Positions 30,001-46,200 of a stretch of DNA of 64,000 nucleotides are shown here, in pieces. The DNA is from Eledone cirrhosa. Taxonomy: Eukaryota. The translations under genes and the position numbers were made by a program. The notes below the pieces were generated by a model, which ran no database searches, had not been told where the DNA came from, and saw only the letters and a program-made list of their open reading frames with translations. Every line of letters begins with the position of its first letter. Position 1 is the stretch's first letter. The stretch lies in NCBI GenBank assembly GCA_964016885.1, contig OZ024741.1, positions 251,100,001 through 251,164,000 of the forward strand, read 5' to 3'.

Positions 30001-33000
30001 GTAAAAAAAATCAGGGGGAGATAATTTGTAAAAAAAATCAAGGGGAAATAATTTCCAGCCGTCCAAGGGGAGATAATTTCCAGCCGTCCAAGGGGAGATA
30101 ATTTCCAGCCGTCCAAGGAGAGGTAATTTCCAGCCGTCCAAGGGGAGATAATTTCCAGCCGTCCAAGGGGAGATAATTTCCAGCCGTTCAAGGGGAGATA
30201 ATTTCCAGCCGTCCAAGGAGAGGTAATTTCTAGCCGTCCAAGGGGAGATAATTTCCAGCCGTCCAAGAGGAGATAAATTCCAGCCTCCAAGGGGAGATAA
30301 TTTCCAGCCAGCCAAGGGGAGATAATTTGTAAAAAAAAATCAGGGGGAGATAATTTGTAAAAAAAAAATCAGGAGGAGATAATTTGGAAAAAAAAATCAG
30401 GGGTAGATAATTTGTAAAAAAAAATCAGGGGGAGATAATTTGTAAAAAAATCAAGGGGAGATAATTTCCAGCCGTCCAAGGAGAGATAATTTTCAGCCGT
30501 CCAAGGAGAGGTAATTTCTAGCCGTTCAAGGGGAGATAATTTCCAGCCGTCCAAGGGGAGATAATTTCCAGCCGTCCAAGGGGAGATAATTTTAAAAAAA
30601 AATCAGGCGGAGCTAATTTGTAAAAAAATAATCAGGGGCAGATAATTTGTAAAAAAAAATCAGGGGGAGATAATTTGTATACAAAATCAAGGGGAGATAA
30701 TTTCCAGCCGTCCAAGGCGAGATAATTTCCAGCCGTCCAAGGGGAGATAATTTACAGCTGTCCAAGGAGAGGTAATTTCTAGGCGTCCAAGGGGAGATAA
30801 TTTCCAGCCGTCCAAGGGGAGATAATTTCCAGCCAGCCAAGGGGAGATAATTTCCAGCCAGCCAAGGGGAGATATTTGTAAAAAAAATCAGGGAGAGATA
30901 ATTTGTAAAAAAAAATCAGGGGTAGATAATTTGTAAAAGACATAAAGGGGAGATAATTTCCAGCCGTCCAAGGGGAGATAATTTTCAGCCGTCCAAGGAG
31001 AGGTAATTTCTAGCCGTCCAAGGGGAGATAATTTCCAGCCGTCCAAGGGGAGATAATTTCCAGCCGTCCAAGGGGAGATAATTTTCAGCCGTCCAAGGAG
31101 AGGTAATTTCTAGCCGTCCAAGGGAAGATAATTTCCAGCCCTCCAAGGGAAGATAACTTCCAGCCCTCCAAGGGGCTATAATTTCCAGCGTCCAAGGGGA
31201 GATAATTTCCAGCCAGCGAAGGGGAGATAATTTTTTTTAAAAAATCACTGGGAGATTTGTAAAAAAAATCAGGGGGAGATAATTTGTAAAAAAAATCAAG
31301 GGGAGATAATTTCCAGCCGTCCAAAGAGAGATAATTTCTAGCCGTCCAAGGGGAGATAATTTCCAGCCAAGGGGAGATAATTTCCAGCCGTCCAAGGGGA
31401 GATAATTTTTTTAAAAATCAGGTGGAGATAATTTGTAAAAAAATCAGGGGAAGATAATTTGTAAAAACAAAATCAAGGGCAGATAATTTCCAGCCGTCCA
31501 AGGGGAGATAATTTCCAGCAGTGCAAGGGGAGATAATTTCCAGCCGTCCAAGGGGAGATAATTTCCATCCTTCCAAGGGGAGATAATTTCCAGCCGTCCA
31601 AGGGGAGATAATTTCCCGCCAGCCAAGGGAAGATAATATTTAAAAAAATCAGGCGGAGATAATTTGTAAAAAAAATCAGGGGTAGATAATTTGTAAAAAA
31701 AAATCAGGGGAAGATAATTTGTAAAAACAAAATCAAGGGCAGATAATTTCCAGCCGTCCAAGGGGAGATAATTTCCAGCAGTGCAAGGGGAGATAATTTC
31801 CAGCCGTCCAAGGGGAGATAATTTCCATCCTTCCAAGGGGAGATAATTTCCAGCCTCCAAGGGGAGATAATTTCCAGCCAGCCAAGGGGAGATAATTTGT
31901 AAAAAAAAATCAGGGGGAGATAATTTGTAAAAAAAATCAGGGGGAGGTAATTTGTAAAAAAAATCAGGGGTAGATAATTTGTAAAAAAAAATCAGGGGGA
32001 GATAATTTGGAAAAAAAAATCAAGGGGAGATAATTTCCAGCCGTCCAAGGGGAGATAATTTTCAGCCGTCCAAGGAGAGGTAATTTCTAGCCGTTCAAGG
32101 GGAGATAATTTCCAGCCGTCCAAGGGGAGATAATTTCCAGCCGTCCAAGGGGAGATAATTTTTAAAAAAAATCAGGCGGAGCTAATTTGTAAAAAAATAA
32201 TCAGGGGCAGATAATTTGTAAAAAAAAATCAGGGCGAGATAATTTGTATACAAAATCAAGGGGAGATAATTTCCAGCCGTCCAAGGCGAGATAATTTCCA
32301 GCCGTCCAAGGGGAGATAATTTACAGCTGTCCAAGTAGAGGTGATTTCTAGGCGTCCAAGGGGAGATAATTTCCAGCCGTCCAAGGGGAGATAATTTCCA
32401 GCCAGCCAAGGGGAGATAATTTCCAGCCAGCCAAGGGGAGATATTTGTAAAAAAAAATCAGGGGGAGCTAATTTGTAAAAAAAAATCAGGGGGAGATAAT
32501 TTGTAAAAAAAATCAAGGGGAGATAATTTCCAGCCGTCCAAGGGGAGATAATTTTCAGCCGTCCAAGGAGAGGTAATTTCTAGCCGTCCAAGGGGAGATA
32601 ATTTCCAGCCGTCCAAGGGGAGATAATTTTTAAAAAAATCAGGTGGAGATAATTTGTAAAAAAAAAATCAGGGGGAGATAATTTGTAAAAAAAAATCAGG
32701 GGGAGCTAATTTGTAAAAAAAATATCAGGGGGAGATAATTTCCAGCCAGCCAAGGGGAGATAATTTCCAGCCAGCCAAGGGGAGATAATTTCCAGCCAGC
32801 CAAGGGGAGATAATTTCCAGCCAGCCAAGGGGAGATAATTTGTAAAAAAAAATCAGGGTGAGATAATTAGTAAAAAAATCAAGGGGAGATAATTCCCAGC
32901 CGTCCAAGGGGAGATAATTTCCAGCCCTACAAGCGGCTATAATTTCCAGCCGTCCAAAGGAAGATAATTTCCAGCCAGCGAAGGGGAGATAATTTTTTTT

Positions 33001-34287
33001 TAAATTAGGGGGAGATTTGTAAAAAAAATCAGGGGGAGATAATTTGTAAAAAAAATCAAGGGGAAATAATTTCCAGCCGTCCAAGGGGAGATAATTTCCA
33101 TCCGTCCAAGGGCAGATAATTTCCAGCCGTCCAAGGAGAGGTAATATCTAGCCGTCCAAGGGGAGATAATTTCCAGCCGTCCAAGGGGAGATAATTTCCA
33201 GCCATCCAAGGGGAGATAATTTCCAGCCGTCCAAGGAGACATAATTTCCAGCCGTCCAAGGAGAGGTAATTTCTAGCCGTCCAAGGGGAGATAATTTCCA
33301 GCCTCCAAGGGGAGATAATTTCCAGCCAGCCAAGGGGAGATAATTTGTAAAAAAAATCAGGAGATAATTTGTAAAAAAAAATCAGGGGGAGATAATTTGT
33401 AAAAAAAAATCAGGGGGAGATAATTTGTAAAAAAAAATCAGGGGGAGATAATTTGTAAAAAAAATCAAGGGGAGATAATTTCCAGCCGTCCAAGGGGAGA
33501 TAATTTTCAGCCGTCCAAGGAGAGGTAATTTCTAGCCGTCCAAGGGGAGATAATTTCCAGCCGTCCAAGGGGAGATAATTTCCAGCCGTCCAAGGGGAGA
33601 TAATTTTTAAAAAAATCAGGTGGAGATAATTTGTAAAAAAAAAATCAGGGGGAGATAATTTGTAAAAAAAAATCAGGGGGAGATAATTTGTAAAAAAAAT
33701 CAAGGGGAGATAATTTCCAGCCGTCCAAGGGAAGATAATTTCCAGCCCTCCAAGGGAAGATAACTTCCAGCCCTCCAAGGGGCTATAATTTCCAGCGTCC
33801 AAGGGGAGATAATTTCCAGCCAGCGAAGGGGAGATAATTTTTTAAAAAATATCACTGGGAGATTTGTAAAAAAAATCAGGGGGAGATAATTTGTAAAAAA
33901 AATCAAGGGGAGATAATTTCCAGCCGTCCAAAGAGAGATAATTTCTAATCGTCCAAGGGGAGATAATTTCCAGCCAAGGGGAGATAATTTCCAGCCGTCC
34001 AATGGGAGATAATTTTTGTAAAAATCAGGTGGAGATAATTTGTAAAAAAAATCAGGGGAAGATAATTTGTAAAAACAAAATCAAGGGCAGATAATTTCCA
34101 GCCGTCCAAGGGGAGATAATTTCCAGCAGTGCAAGGGGAGATAATTTCCAGCCGTCCAAGGGGAGATAATTTCCATCCTTCCAAGGGGAGATAATTTCCA
34201 GGCGTCCAAGGGGAGATAATTTCCCGCCAGCCAAGGGAAGATAATATTTAAAAAAATCAGGCGGAGATAATTTGTAAAAAAAATCAA
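1..34287. repeat. Satellite A: tandem array of two interspersed monomer types sharing the core GGGGAGATAATTT (25-bp CAAGGGGAGATAATTTCCAGCCGTC and ~26-29-bp CAGGGGGAGATAATTTGT(A)7-10T), with higher-order repeats
   Basis: Directly visible monomers throughout. Identical or near-identical ORF-track peptides recur at offsets of 1960, 2741, 3962, 11021 and 13762 bp. The array runs off the left edge of the window. Confidence 0.97.
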
Positions 34288-37200
34288 ATACCAAGCACCA
34301 AGCACCAAGCACCAAACACCAAGCACCCAGCACCAAACACCAAGCACCAATCACCAAGCACCAAACACCAAGCACCAAGCACCAAGCACCAAGCTCCAAG
34401 CACCAAACACCAAACACCAAACACCAAGCACCAAACAACAAGCACCAGGCACCAAGCACCAAACACTAAGCACCAAGCACCAAGCATCAAACACCAAACA
34501 CCAAGCACCAAGCACCAAACACCAAACACCAAGCACCAAACACCAAACACCAAACACCAAGCACCAAACAGCAAACACCAAACATGAAACAGCAAACACC
34601 ATAGAGCAAACACCAAACACCAAAAAGCAGACACCAAACAGCAAACACCAAGCACCAAACACCAAGTTCCATGCACCAAACACCAAGCACCAAGCACCAA
34701 ACACCAATCCCCAAGCACCAAGCACCAAGCACTAAGCACTAAACACCAAGCACAAAGCACTAAAGACCAAACACCAAGGACAAAGCACCAAGCACCAAGA
34801 ACCAAACAGCAAGCAGCAAGCACCAAACACCAAGCACCAAGCACCAAACACCAACCGCCCAGCACCAAGCACCAAGCACCAAACACCAAGCACCAAGCAC
34901 CAAACACCAAACACCAAACACCAAGCACCAAGCACCAAACACCAAGCACCAAACACCATGCACCAAAAAACAAGCACCAGGCACCAAGCACCAAACACCA
35001 AACACCAAGCACCAAGCACAAAACACCAAGCACAAAGCACCAAGCACCAAACACCAAACAGCAAACACCAAACACCAAACACCAAACAGCAAACAGCAAA
35101 CACCAACCACCAATCACCAAACAACAAGCACCAGGCACCAAGCACCAAGCACCAAACACCAAGCACCAAACACCAAACACCAAGCACCAAAGACCAAACA
35201 CCAAACAGCAAACACCAAACAGCAAACACCAAACATGAAACAGCAAACACCATAGAGCAAACACCAAACACCAAAAAGCAGACACCAAACAGCAAACCCC
35301 AAACACCAAACACCAAACACTAAACAGCAAACAGCAAACACCAAGCACCAAACACCAAGTTCCAAGCACCAAACACCAAGAACCAAGCACCAAACACCAA
35401 ACCCCAAGCACCAAGCACCAAACTCTAATCACAATGCACCAAGCACTAAGCACTAAACACCAAGCTCCAAGCACCAAGCACTAAACACCAAGCACCAAGC
35501 ACCAAGCACTAAACACCAAACACCAAGGACCAAGCACCAAGCACCAAGAACCAAACACCAAGCACCAAGCACCAAACACCAAGCACCAAGCACCAAACAC
35601 CAACCACCCAGCACCAAGCACCAAGCACCAAACACCAAGCACCAAGCACCAAACACCAAACACCAAACACCAAGCATCAAACACCAAGCACCAAGCACCA
35701 AGCACCAAACACCAAGCCCCAAGCACCAAACACCAAACACCAAACACCAAACACCAAACACCAAACACCAAACACCAAGCACCAAGCACCAAGTACAAAC
35801 ACCAAGCACCAAGCACCAAACACCAAGCACCAAGCATCAAACACCAAACACCAAGCACCAAGCACCAAACTCTAATCACAATGCACCAAGCACTAAGCAC
35901 TAAACACCAAGCACCAAGCACCAAGCACTAAACACCAAGCACCAAGCACTAAACACCAAACACCAAGGACCAAGCACCAAGCACCAAGAACCAAACACCA
36001 AGCACCAAGCACCAAACACCAAGCACCAAGCACCAAACACCAACCACCCAGCACCAAGCACCAAGCACCAAACACCAAGCACCAAGCACCAAACACCAAA
36101 CACCAAACACCAAGCACCAAACACCAAGCACCAAGCACCAAACACCAAACCCCAAGCACCAAGCACCAAACTCTAATCACAATGCACCAAGCACTAAGCA
36201 CTAAACACCAAGCACCAAGCACCAAGCACTAAACACCAAACACCAAACACCAAACACCAAGCCCCAAGCACCAAACACCAAACACCAAACACCAAACACG
36301 AAGCACCAAACACCAAACACCAAACACCAAGCACCAAGCACCAAGTACAAACACCAAGCACCAAGCACCAAACACCAAGCACCAAGCACCAAACACCAAG
36401 CACCAAACACCATGCACCAAACAACAAGCACCAGGCACCAAGCACCAAACACCAAACACCAAGCACCAAGCACAACACACCAAGCACGAAGCACCAAGCA
36501 CCAAACACCAAACAGCAAACACCAAACACCAAACACCAAACAGCAAACAGCAAACACCAACCACCAATCACCAAACAACAAGCACCAGGCACCAAGCGCC
36601 AAGCACCAAACACCAAGCACCAAGCACCAAACACCAAACACCAAGCACCAAACACCAAACACCAAACAGCAAACACCAAACAGCAAACACCAAACATGAA
36701 ACAGCAAACACCATAGAGCAAACACCAAACACCAAAAAGCAGACACCAAACAGCAAACCCCAAACACCAAACACCAAACACTAAACAGCAAACAGCAAAC
36801 ACCAAGCACCAAACACCAAGTTCCAAGCACCAAACACCAAGCACCAAGCACCAAACACCAAACCCCAAGCACCAAGCACCAAACTCTAATCACAATGCAC
36901 CAAGCACTAAGCACTAAACACCAAGCACCAAGCACTAAACACCAAGCACCAAGCACCAAGCACTAAACACCAAACACCAAGGACCAAGCACCAAGCACCA
37001 AGAACCAAACACCAAGCACCAAGCACCAAACACCAAGCACCAAGCACCAAACACCAACCACCCAGCACCAAGCACCAAGCACCAAACACCAAGCACCAAG
37101 CACCAAACACCAAACACCAAACACCAAGCATCAAACACCAAGCACCAAGCACCAAGCACCAAACACCAAGCCCCAAGCACCAAACACCAAACACCAAACA

Positions 37201-40200
37201 CCAAGCACCAAACACCAAGCAGCAATCACCAAGCACCAAACACCATGCAGCAGCACCAAGCACCAAACACCAAGCCCCAAGCACCAAACACCTAACACCA
37301 AGCACCAAGCACCAAACACCAAGCACCAAGCACGAAGGACAAAACACCAAGCACCAAGCACCAAACACCTAACACCAACCACGAAGCACCAAACACCAAG
37401 CACCAAGCACCAAACACCAAACACCAAACACCAAGCACCAAGCACCAAACACCAAGCACCAAGCGCCAAACACCAAGCCCCAAGCACCAAGCACCAAACA
37501 CCAAGCACCAAACACCAAACACCAAGCACCAAACACCAAACACCAAGCACCAAACACCAAGAACCAAGCACCAAACACCAAACACCAAGCACCAAGTACA
37601 AACACCAAGCACCAAGCACCAAACACCCAGCACCAAGCACCAAGCATCAAACACGAAGCATCAAACACCAAGCATCAAACACCAAACACCAAACACCAAG
37701 CAACAAGCACCAAACACCAAGCACCAAGCAGCAAACACCAAGCAGCAAGCAGAAAGCACCAAACAACAAACACCAAGCACAAAGCACCAAACACCAAGCA
37801 CCAAGGACCAAACACCAAACACCAAGCACCAAGCACCAAACACCTAACACCAAGCACCAAGCACCAAACACGAAACACCAAGCACCAAGCCCCAAACACC
37901 AAGCACCAAGCACCAAACACCAAGCACCAAGCATAAAACACCAAGCACCAAGCACCAAACACCTAACACCAAGCAACAAACACCTTGCACCAGGCACCAA
38001 GCACCAAACACCAAGCACCAAGCACCAAACACCAAGCACCAAGCATGAAGCACCAAACACCTAACACCAAGCACCAAGCACCAAGCACCAAACACCAAGC
38101 ACCAAACACCAAACACCAAGCACCAAACACCAAGCACCAAGCACCAAACACCAAGCACCAAACACCAAGAACCAAGCACAAAAAACCCAAGCACCAAGTA
38201 CAAACAGCAAGCATCAAGCACCAAGAACGAAGCAGCAAGCATCAAACACCAAGCATCAAACACCAAACACCAAATACCAAGCACCAAGCACCAAGCACCA
38301 AACACCAAGCACCCAGCACCAAACACCAAGCACCAATCACCAAGCACCAAACACCAAGCACCAAGCACCAAGCACCAAGCTCCAAGCACCAAACACCAAA
38401 CACCAAACACCAAGCACCAAACAACAAGCACCAGGCACCAAGCACCAAACACCAAGCACCAAGCACCAAGCATCAAACACCAAACACCAAGCACCAAGCA
38501 CCAAACACCAAACACCAAGCACCAAACACCAAACAGCAAACACCAAACATGAAACAGCAAACACCATAGAGCAAACACCAAACACCAAAAAGCAGACACC
38601 AAACAGCAAACACCAAGCACCAAACAGCAAGTTCCAAGCACCAAACACCAAGCACCAAGCACCAAACACCAATCCCCAAGCACCAAGCACCAAACACTAA
38701 TCACAATGCACCAAGCACCAAGCACTAAACACCAAGCACCAAGCACAAAGCACTAAAGACCAAACACCAAGGACAAAGCACCAAGCACCAAGAACCAAAC
38801 AGCAAGCAGCAAGCACCAAACACCAAGCACCAAGCACCAAACACCAACCACCCAGCACCAAGCACCAAGCACCAAACACCAAGCACCAAGCACCAAACAC
38901 CAAACACCAAACACCAAGCACCAAGCACCAAACACCAAGCACCAAACACCATGCACCAAACAACAAGCACCAGGCACCAAGCACCAAACACCAAACACCA
39001 AGCACCAAGCACAACACACCAAGCACGAAGCACCAAGCACCAAACACCAAACAGCAAACACCAAACACCAAACACCAAACAGCAAACAGCAAACACCAAC
39101 CACCAATCACCAAACAACAAGCACCAGGCACCAAGCGCCAAGCACCAAACACCAAGCACCAAGCACCAAACACCAAACACCAAGCACCAAACACCAAACA
39201 CCAAACAGCAAACACCAAACAGCAAACACCAAACATGAAACAGCAAACACCATAGAGCAAACACCAAACACCAAAAAGCAGACACCAAACAGCAAACCCC
39301 AAACACCAAACACCAAACACTAAACAGCAAACAGCAAACACCAAGCACCAAACACCAAGTTCCAAGCACCAAACACCAAGCACCAAGCACCAAACACCAA
39401 ACCCCAAGCACCAAGCACCAAACTCTAATCACAATGCACCAAGCACTAAGCACTAAACACCAAGCACCAAGCACCAAGCACTAAACACCAAGCACCAAGC
39501 ACCAAGCACTAAACACCAAACACCAAGGACCAAGCACCAAGCACCAAGCACCAAACACCAAGCACCAAGCACCAAACACCAACCACCCAGCACCAAGCAC
39601 CAAGCACCAAACACCAAGCACCAAGCACCAAACACCAAACACCAAACACCAAGCATCAAACACCAAGCACCAAGCACCAAGCACCAAACACCAAGCCCCA
39701 AGCACCAAACACCAAACACCAAGCAACAAACACCAAGCAGCAATCACCAAGCACCAAACACCAAGCAGCAGCACCAAGCACCAAACACCAAGCCCCAAGC
39801 AACAAACACCTAACACCAAGCACCAAGCACCAAACACCAAGCACCAAGCACGAAGGACAAAACACCAAGCACCAAGCACCAAACACCTAACACCAACCAC
39901 GAAGCACCAAACACCAAGCACCAAGCACCAAACACCAAGCACCAAGCGCCAAACACCAAGCCCCAAGCACCAAGCACCAAACACCAAGCACCAAACACCA
40001 AACACCAAGCACCAAGCACCAAACACCAAGCACCAAACACCAAGAACCAAGCACCAAACACCAAGCACCAAGCACCAAACACCCAGCACCAAGCACCAAG
40101 CATCAAACACGAAGCATCAAACACCAAGCATCAAACACCAAACACCAAACACCAAGCAACAAGCACCAAACACCAAGCACCAAGCAGCAAACACCAAGCA

Positions 40201-43200
40201 GCAAGCAGAAAGCACCAAACAACAAACACCAAGCACAAAGCACCAAACACCAAGCACCAAGGACCAAACACCAAACACCAAGCACCAAGCACCAAACATC
40301 TAACACCAACCACCAAGCACCAAACACGAAACACCAAGCACCAAGCACCAAACACCAAGCACCAAGCACCAAACACCAAGCACCAAGCATAAAACACCAA
40401 GCACCAAGCACCAAACACCTAACACCAAGCACCAAGCACCAAGCACCAAACACCAAGCACCAAACACCAAACACCAAGCACCAGGCACCAAGCACCAAGC
40501 ACCAAACACCAAGCCCCAAGCACCAAGCACCAAACACCAAACACCAAGCACCAAGCAACAAACACCTTGCACCAGGCACCAAGCACCAAACACCAAGCAC
40601 CAAGCACCAAACACCAAGCACCAAGCATGAAGCACCAAACACCTAACACCAAGCACCAAGCACCAACCACCAAACACCAAGCACCAAACACCAAACACCA
40701 AGCACCAAACACCAAGCACCAAGCACCAAACACCAAGCACCAAACACCAAGAACCAAGCACAAAAAACCCAAGCACCAAGTACAAACAGCAAGCATCAAG
40801 CACCAAGCACGAAGCAGCAAGCATCAAACACCAAGCATCAAACACCAAACACCAAATACCAAGCACCAAGCACCAAGCACCAAACACCAAGCACCCAGCA
40901 CCAAACACCAAGCACCAATCACCAAGCACCAGGCACCAAGCACGAAACACCAAGCACCAAGCACCAAGCATCAAACACCAAACACCAAGCACCAAGCACC
41001 AAACACCAAACACCAAGCACCAAACACCAAACAGCAAACACCAAACATGAAACAGCAAACACCAAACACCAAAAAGCAGACACCAAACAGCAAACACCAA
41101 GCACCAAACACCAAGTTCCAAGCACCAAACACCAAGCACCAAGCACCAAACACCAATCCCCAAGCACCAAGCACCAAACACTAATCACAATGCACCAAGC
41201 ACCAAGCACTAAACACCAAGCACCAAGCACAAAGCAATAAAGACCAAACACCAAGGACAAAGCACCAAGCACCACGAACCAAACAGCAAGCAGCAAGCAC
41301 CAAACACCAAGCACCAAGCACCAAACACCAACCACCCAGCACCAAGCACCAAGCACCAAACACCAAGCACCAAGCACCAAACACCAAAGACCAAACACCA
41401 AGCACCAAGGACCAAACACCAAGCACCAAACACCATGCACCAAACAACAAGCACCAGGCACCAAGCACCAAACACCAAACACTAAGCACCAAGCACAAAA
41501 CACCAAGCACGAAGCACCAAGCACCAAACACCAAACAGCAAACACCAAACACCAAACACCAAACAGCAAACAGCAAACACCAACCACCAATCACCAAACA
41601 ACAAGCACCAGGCACCAAGCACCAAGCACCAAACACCAAGCACCAAGCACCAAACACCAAACACCAAGCACCAAAGACCAAACACCAAACAGCAAACACC
41701 AAACAGCAAACACCAAACATGAAACAGCAAACACCATAGAGCAAACACCAAACACCAAAAAGCAGACACCAAACAGCAAACCCCAAACACCAAACACCAA
41801 ACACTAAACAGCAAACAGCAAACACCAAGCACCAAACACCAAGTTCCAAGCACCAAACACCAAGCACCAAGCACCAAACACCAAACCCCAAGCACCAAGC
41901 ACCAAACTCTAATCACAATGCACCAAGCACTAAGCACTAAACACCAAGCACCAAGCACCAAGCACTAAACACCAAGCACCAAGCACCAAGCACTAAACAC
42001 CAAACACCAAGGACCAAGCACCAAGCACCAAGAACCAAACACCAAGCACCAAGCACCAAACACCAAGCACCAAGCACCAAACACCAACCACCCAGCACCA
42101 AGCACCAAGCACCAAACACCAAGCACCAAGCACCAAACACCAAACACCAAACACCAAGCATCAAACACCAAGCACCAAGCACCAAGCACCAAACACCAAG
42201 CCCCAAGCACCAAACACCAAACACCAAACACCAAGCACCAAACACCAAGCAGCAATCACCAAGCACCAAACACCAAGCAGCAGCACCAAGCACCAAACAC
42301 CAAGCCCCAAGCACCAAACACCTAACACCAAGCACCAAGCACCAAACACCAAGCACCAAGCACGAAGGACAAAACACCAAGCACCAAGCACCAAACACCT
42401 AACACCAACCACGAAGCACCAAACACCAAGCACCAAGCACCAAACACCAAACACCAAACACCAAGCACCAAGCACCAAACACCAAGCACCAAGCGCCAAA
42501 CACCAAGCCCCAAGCACCAAGCACCAAACACCAAGCACCAAACACCAAACACCAAGCACCAAGCACCAAACACCAAGCACCAAACACCAAGAACCAAGCA
42601 CCAAACACCAAGCACCAAGCACCAAGTACAAACACCAAGCACCAAGCACCAAACACCCAGCACCAAGCACCAAGCATCAAACACAAAGCATCAAACACCA
42701 AGCATCAAACACCAAACACCAAACACCAAGCAACAAGCACCAAACACCAAGCACCAAGCAGCAAACACAAAGCAGCAAGCAGAAAGCACCAAACAACAAA
42801 CACCAAGCACAAAGCACCAAACACCAAGCACCAAGGACCAAACACCAAACACCAAGCACCAAGCACCAAACACCTAACACCAAGCACCAAGCACCAAACA
42901 CGAAACACCAAGCACCAAGCACCAAACACCAAGCACCAAGCACCAAACACCAAGCACCAAGCATAAAACACCAAGCACCAAGCACCAAACACCTAACACC
43001 AAGCACCAATCACCAAGCACCAAACACCAAGCACCAAACACCAAACACCAAGCACCAAGCACCAAGCACCAAGCACCAAACACCAAGCCCCAAGCACCAA
43101 GCACCAAACACAAAATACCAAGCACCAAGCACCAAACACCAAGCACCAAACAGCAAGCACCAAACACCAAACACCAAACAGCAAACACCAAACAGCAAAC

Positions 43201-46200
43201 ACCAAACACCAAACAGCAAACAGCAAACACCAAACACAAAGCACCAAGCACCAAGCACCAAACACCAAGCACCAAACACCAAGCATCAAGCACCAAGCAC
43301 CAAACACCAAGCACCAAACACCAAGCACCAAGCATCAAACACAAAGCATCAAACACCAAACACCAAGCACCAAGCACCAAACACCAAACACCAAGCACCA
43401 AGCACCAAAGATCAAACACCAAACACCAAACACCAAGCACCAAGCACCAAGCACGAAGCACCAAACACCAAGCACCAAGCACCAAACAACAAGCACCAAG
43501 CACCAAACACCAAACACCAAACACCAAGCATCAAGCACCAAGCACCAAACACCAAGCACCAAGCACCAGACACCAAGCACCAAGTACAAACACCAAGCAC
43601 CAAGCACCAAACACCAAGCACCAAGCACCAAGCATCAAACACCAAACATCAAACACCAAACACCAAACACCAAGCACCAAGCACCAAACACCAAACACCA
43701 AGCACCAAGCACCAAGCACCAAACACCAAGTACCAAGCACCAAACACCAAACACCAAGCACCAAACACCAAACACCAAGCACCAAGCACCAAACACCAAA
43801 CACCAAGCACCAAGCACCAAACACCAAACACCAAGCACCAAACACCAGACACCAAGCACCAAACACCAAACATCAAGCACCAAGCACCAAACACCAAACA
43901 TCAAGCACCAGGCTCCAAGCACCAAACACCAAACACCAAGCACAAAGCACCAAACACCAAGCACCAAGCACCAAACACCAAACACCAAGCACCAAGCACC
44001 AAACACCAAACAGCAAACAGGAAACACCAAACAGCAAACAGCAAACTCCATACATGAAACAGCAAACACCATACAGCAAACACCAAACACCAAACACCAA
44101 ACACCAAACAGAAAACACCAAACACCAAGCACCAAACACCAAGCACCAAGCACTAAACACCAAGCACCAAGCACCAAACACCAAACCCCAAGCACCAAGC
44201 ACCAAACACTAATCACCCAGCACCAAGCACCAAACACCAAGCACCAAGCACCAGACACCAAACACCAAGCACCAAAGACCAAGCACCAAGCACCAAGCAA
44301 CAAACACCAAGCACCAAGCACCAAGCACCAAACACCAAGCCCCAAGCACCAAACGCAAACCACCCAGCACCAAGCACCAAGCACCAAGAACCAAACACCA
44401 AACACAAAACACCAAGCACCGAGCACCAAGCAGCACACACCAAGCATCAAACACCAAACACCAAACACCAAGCACCAAACACCAAGCACCAAGCACTAAG
44501 CACCAAGCACCAAGCACCAAACTCCAAGCACCCAGCACCAAACACCAAACACCAAGCACCAACCACCAAACACCAAACACCAAGCACCAAACACCAGACA
44601 CCAGGCACCAAACACCAAGCACCAAGCACCAAGCACCAAACACCAAACAACAAGCACCAGGTACCAAGCACCAAACACCAAAAACCAAGCACCTAGCACC
44701 AAACACCAAGCACCAAGCACCAAATGCCAAACACCAGGCACCAAGCACAAAACACCAAACACCAAAAAGCAGACACCAAACAGCAAACACCAAACACCAA
44801 GCACCAGGCACCAAGCACCAAACACCAAACACCAAACACCAAGCACCAAGAACCAAACACCAAACACCAAACAGCAAGCACCAAGCACCAAACACCAAGC
44901 ACCAAACACCAAACCCCAAGCACCAATCACCAAACACTAATCACCAAGCAGCAAGCACCAAACACCAAGCACCAAGCACCAAACACCAAACCCCAAGCAC
45001 CAAAGACCAAGCACCAAGCACCAAGGACCAGACACCAAGCACCAAGCACCAAACACCAAGCACCAAACACCAAGCACCAGGCACCAAACATCAAACACCA
45101 AACAGCAAACACCAAACAGCAAACATCAAACAGCAAACAGCAAACAGCAAACGCCAAACACCAAGCACCAAGCACCAAGCACCAAACACCAAGCACCAAG
45201 CACCAAGCACAAAACACCAAACACCAAGCACCAAGGACCAAACATCAAACACCAAGCACCAAGCACCAAGCACCAAGCACAAAGCACCGAACACCAAGCA
45301 CCAAGCACCAAGCACCAAACACCAAGAACCAAACAACCAAGGACCAGGCACCAAGCACCAAACACCAAGCACCATGCACCAAACACCAAGCACCAAGCAC
45401 GAAGCACCTAACACCAAGCACCAAGCACCAAACACTTAACACCAAGCACCAAGCACCAAGCACCAAACACAAAGCACCAAACACCAAACACCAAACACCA
45501 AACACCAAGCACCAATCACCAAGCACCAAACACCAAGCAGCAAGCAGCAAGCACCAAACACCAAACACCAAGCACCAAGCACCAAACACCTAACACCAAG
45601 CACCAAGCACCAAGCACCAAGCACCGAACACCAAGCACCAAACAGCAAGCACCAAACACCAAGCACCAAGCACCGAACACCAAGCACCAGGCACCAAGCA
45701 CCAAACACCAAGCACCATGCACCAAACACCAAGCACCAAGCACGAAGCACCAAAGACCAAGCACCAAGCACCAAACACTTAACACCAAGCACCAAGCACC
45801 AAGCACCAAACACCAAGCACCAAACACCAAACACCAAGCACCAAGTACCAAACACCAAGCACCAAGCACCAAGCACCAAGCACCAAGCACCAAACACCAA
45901 GTACCAAGCACCAAACACCAAACACCAAGCAACAAACACCAAACACCAAGCACCAAGCACCAAACACCAAACACCAAGCACCAAGCACCAAACACCAAAC
46001 ACCAAGCACCAAACACCAGACACCAAGCACCAAACACCAAACATCAAGCACCAAGCACCAAACACCAAACATCAAGCACCAGGCACCAAGCACCAAACAC
46101 CAAACACCAAGCACTAAGCACCAAACACCAAGCACCAAGCACCAAACACCAAACACCAAGCACCAAGCACCAAACACCAAACACCAAACAGGAAACACCA

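Noticed and set aside
1-34287. CRISPR-like regular 25-28-bp repeats
   Set aside because: No unique spacers, no cas genes, and a eukaryotic context.
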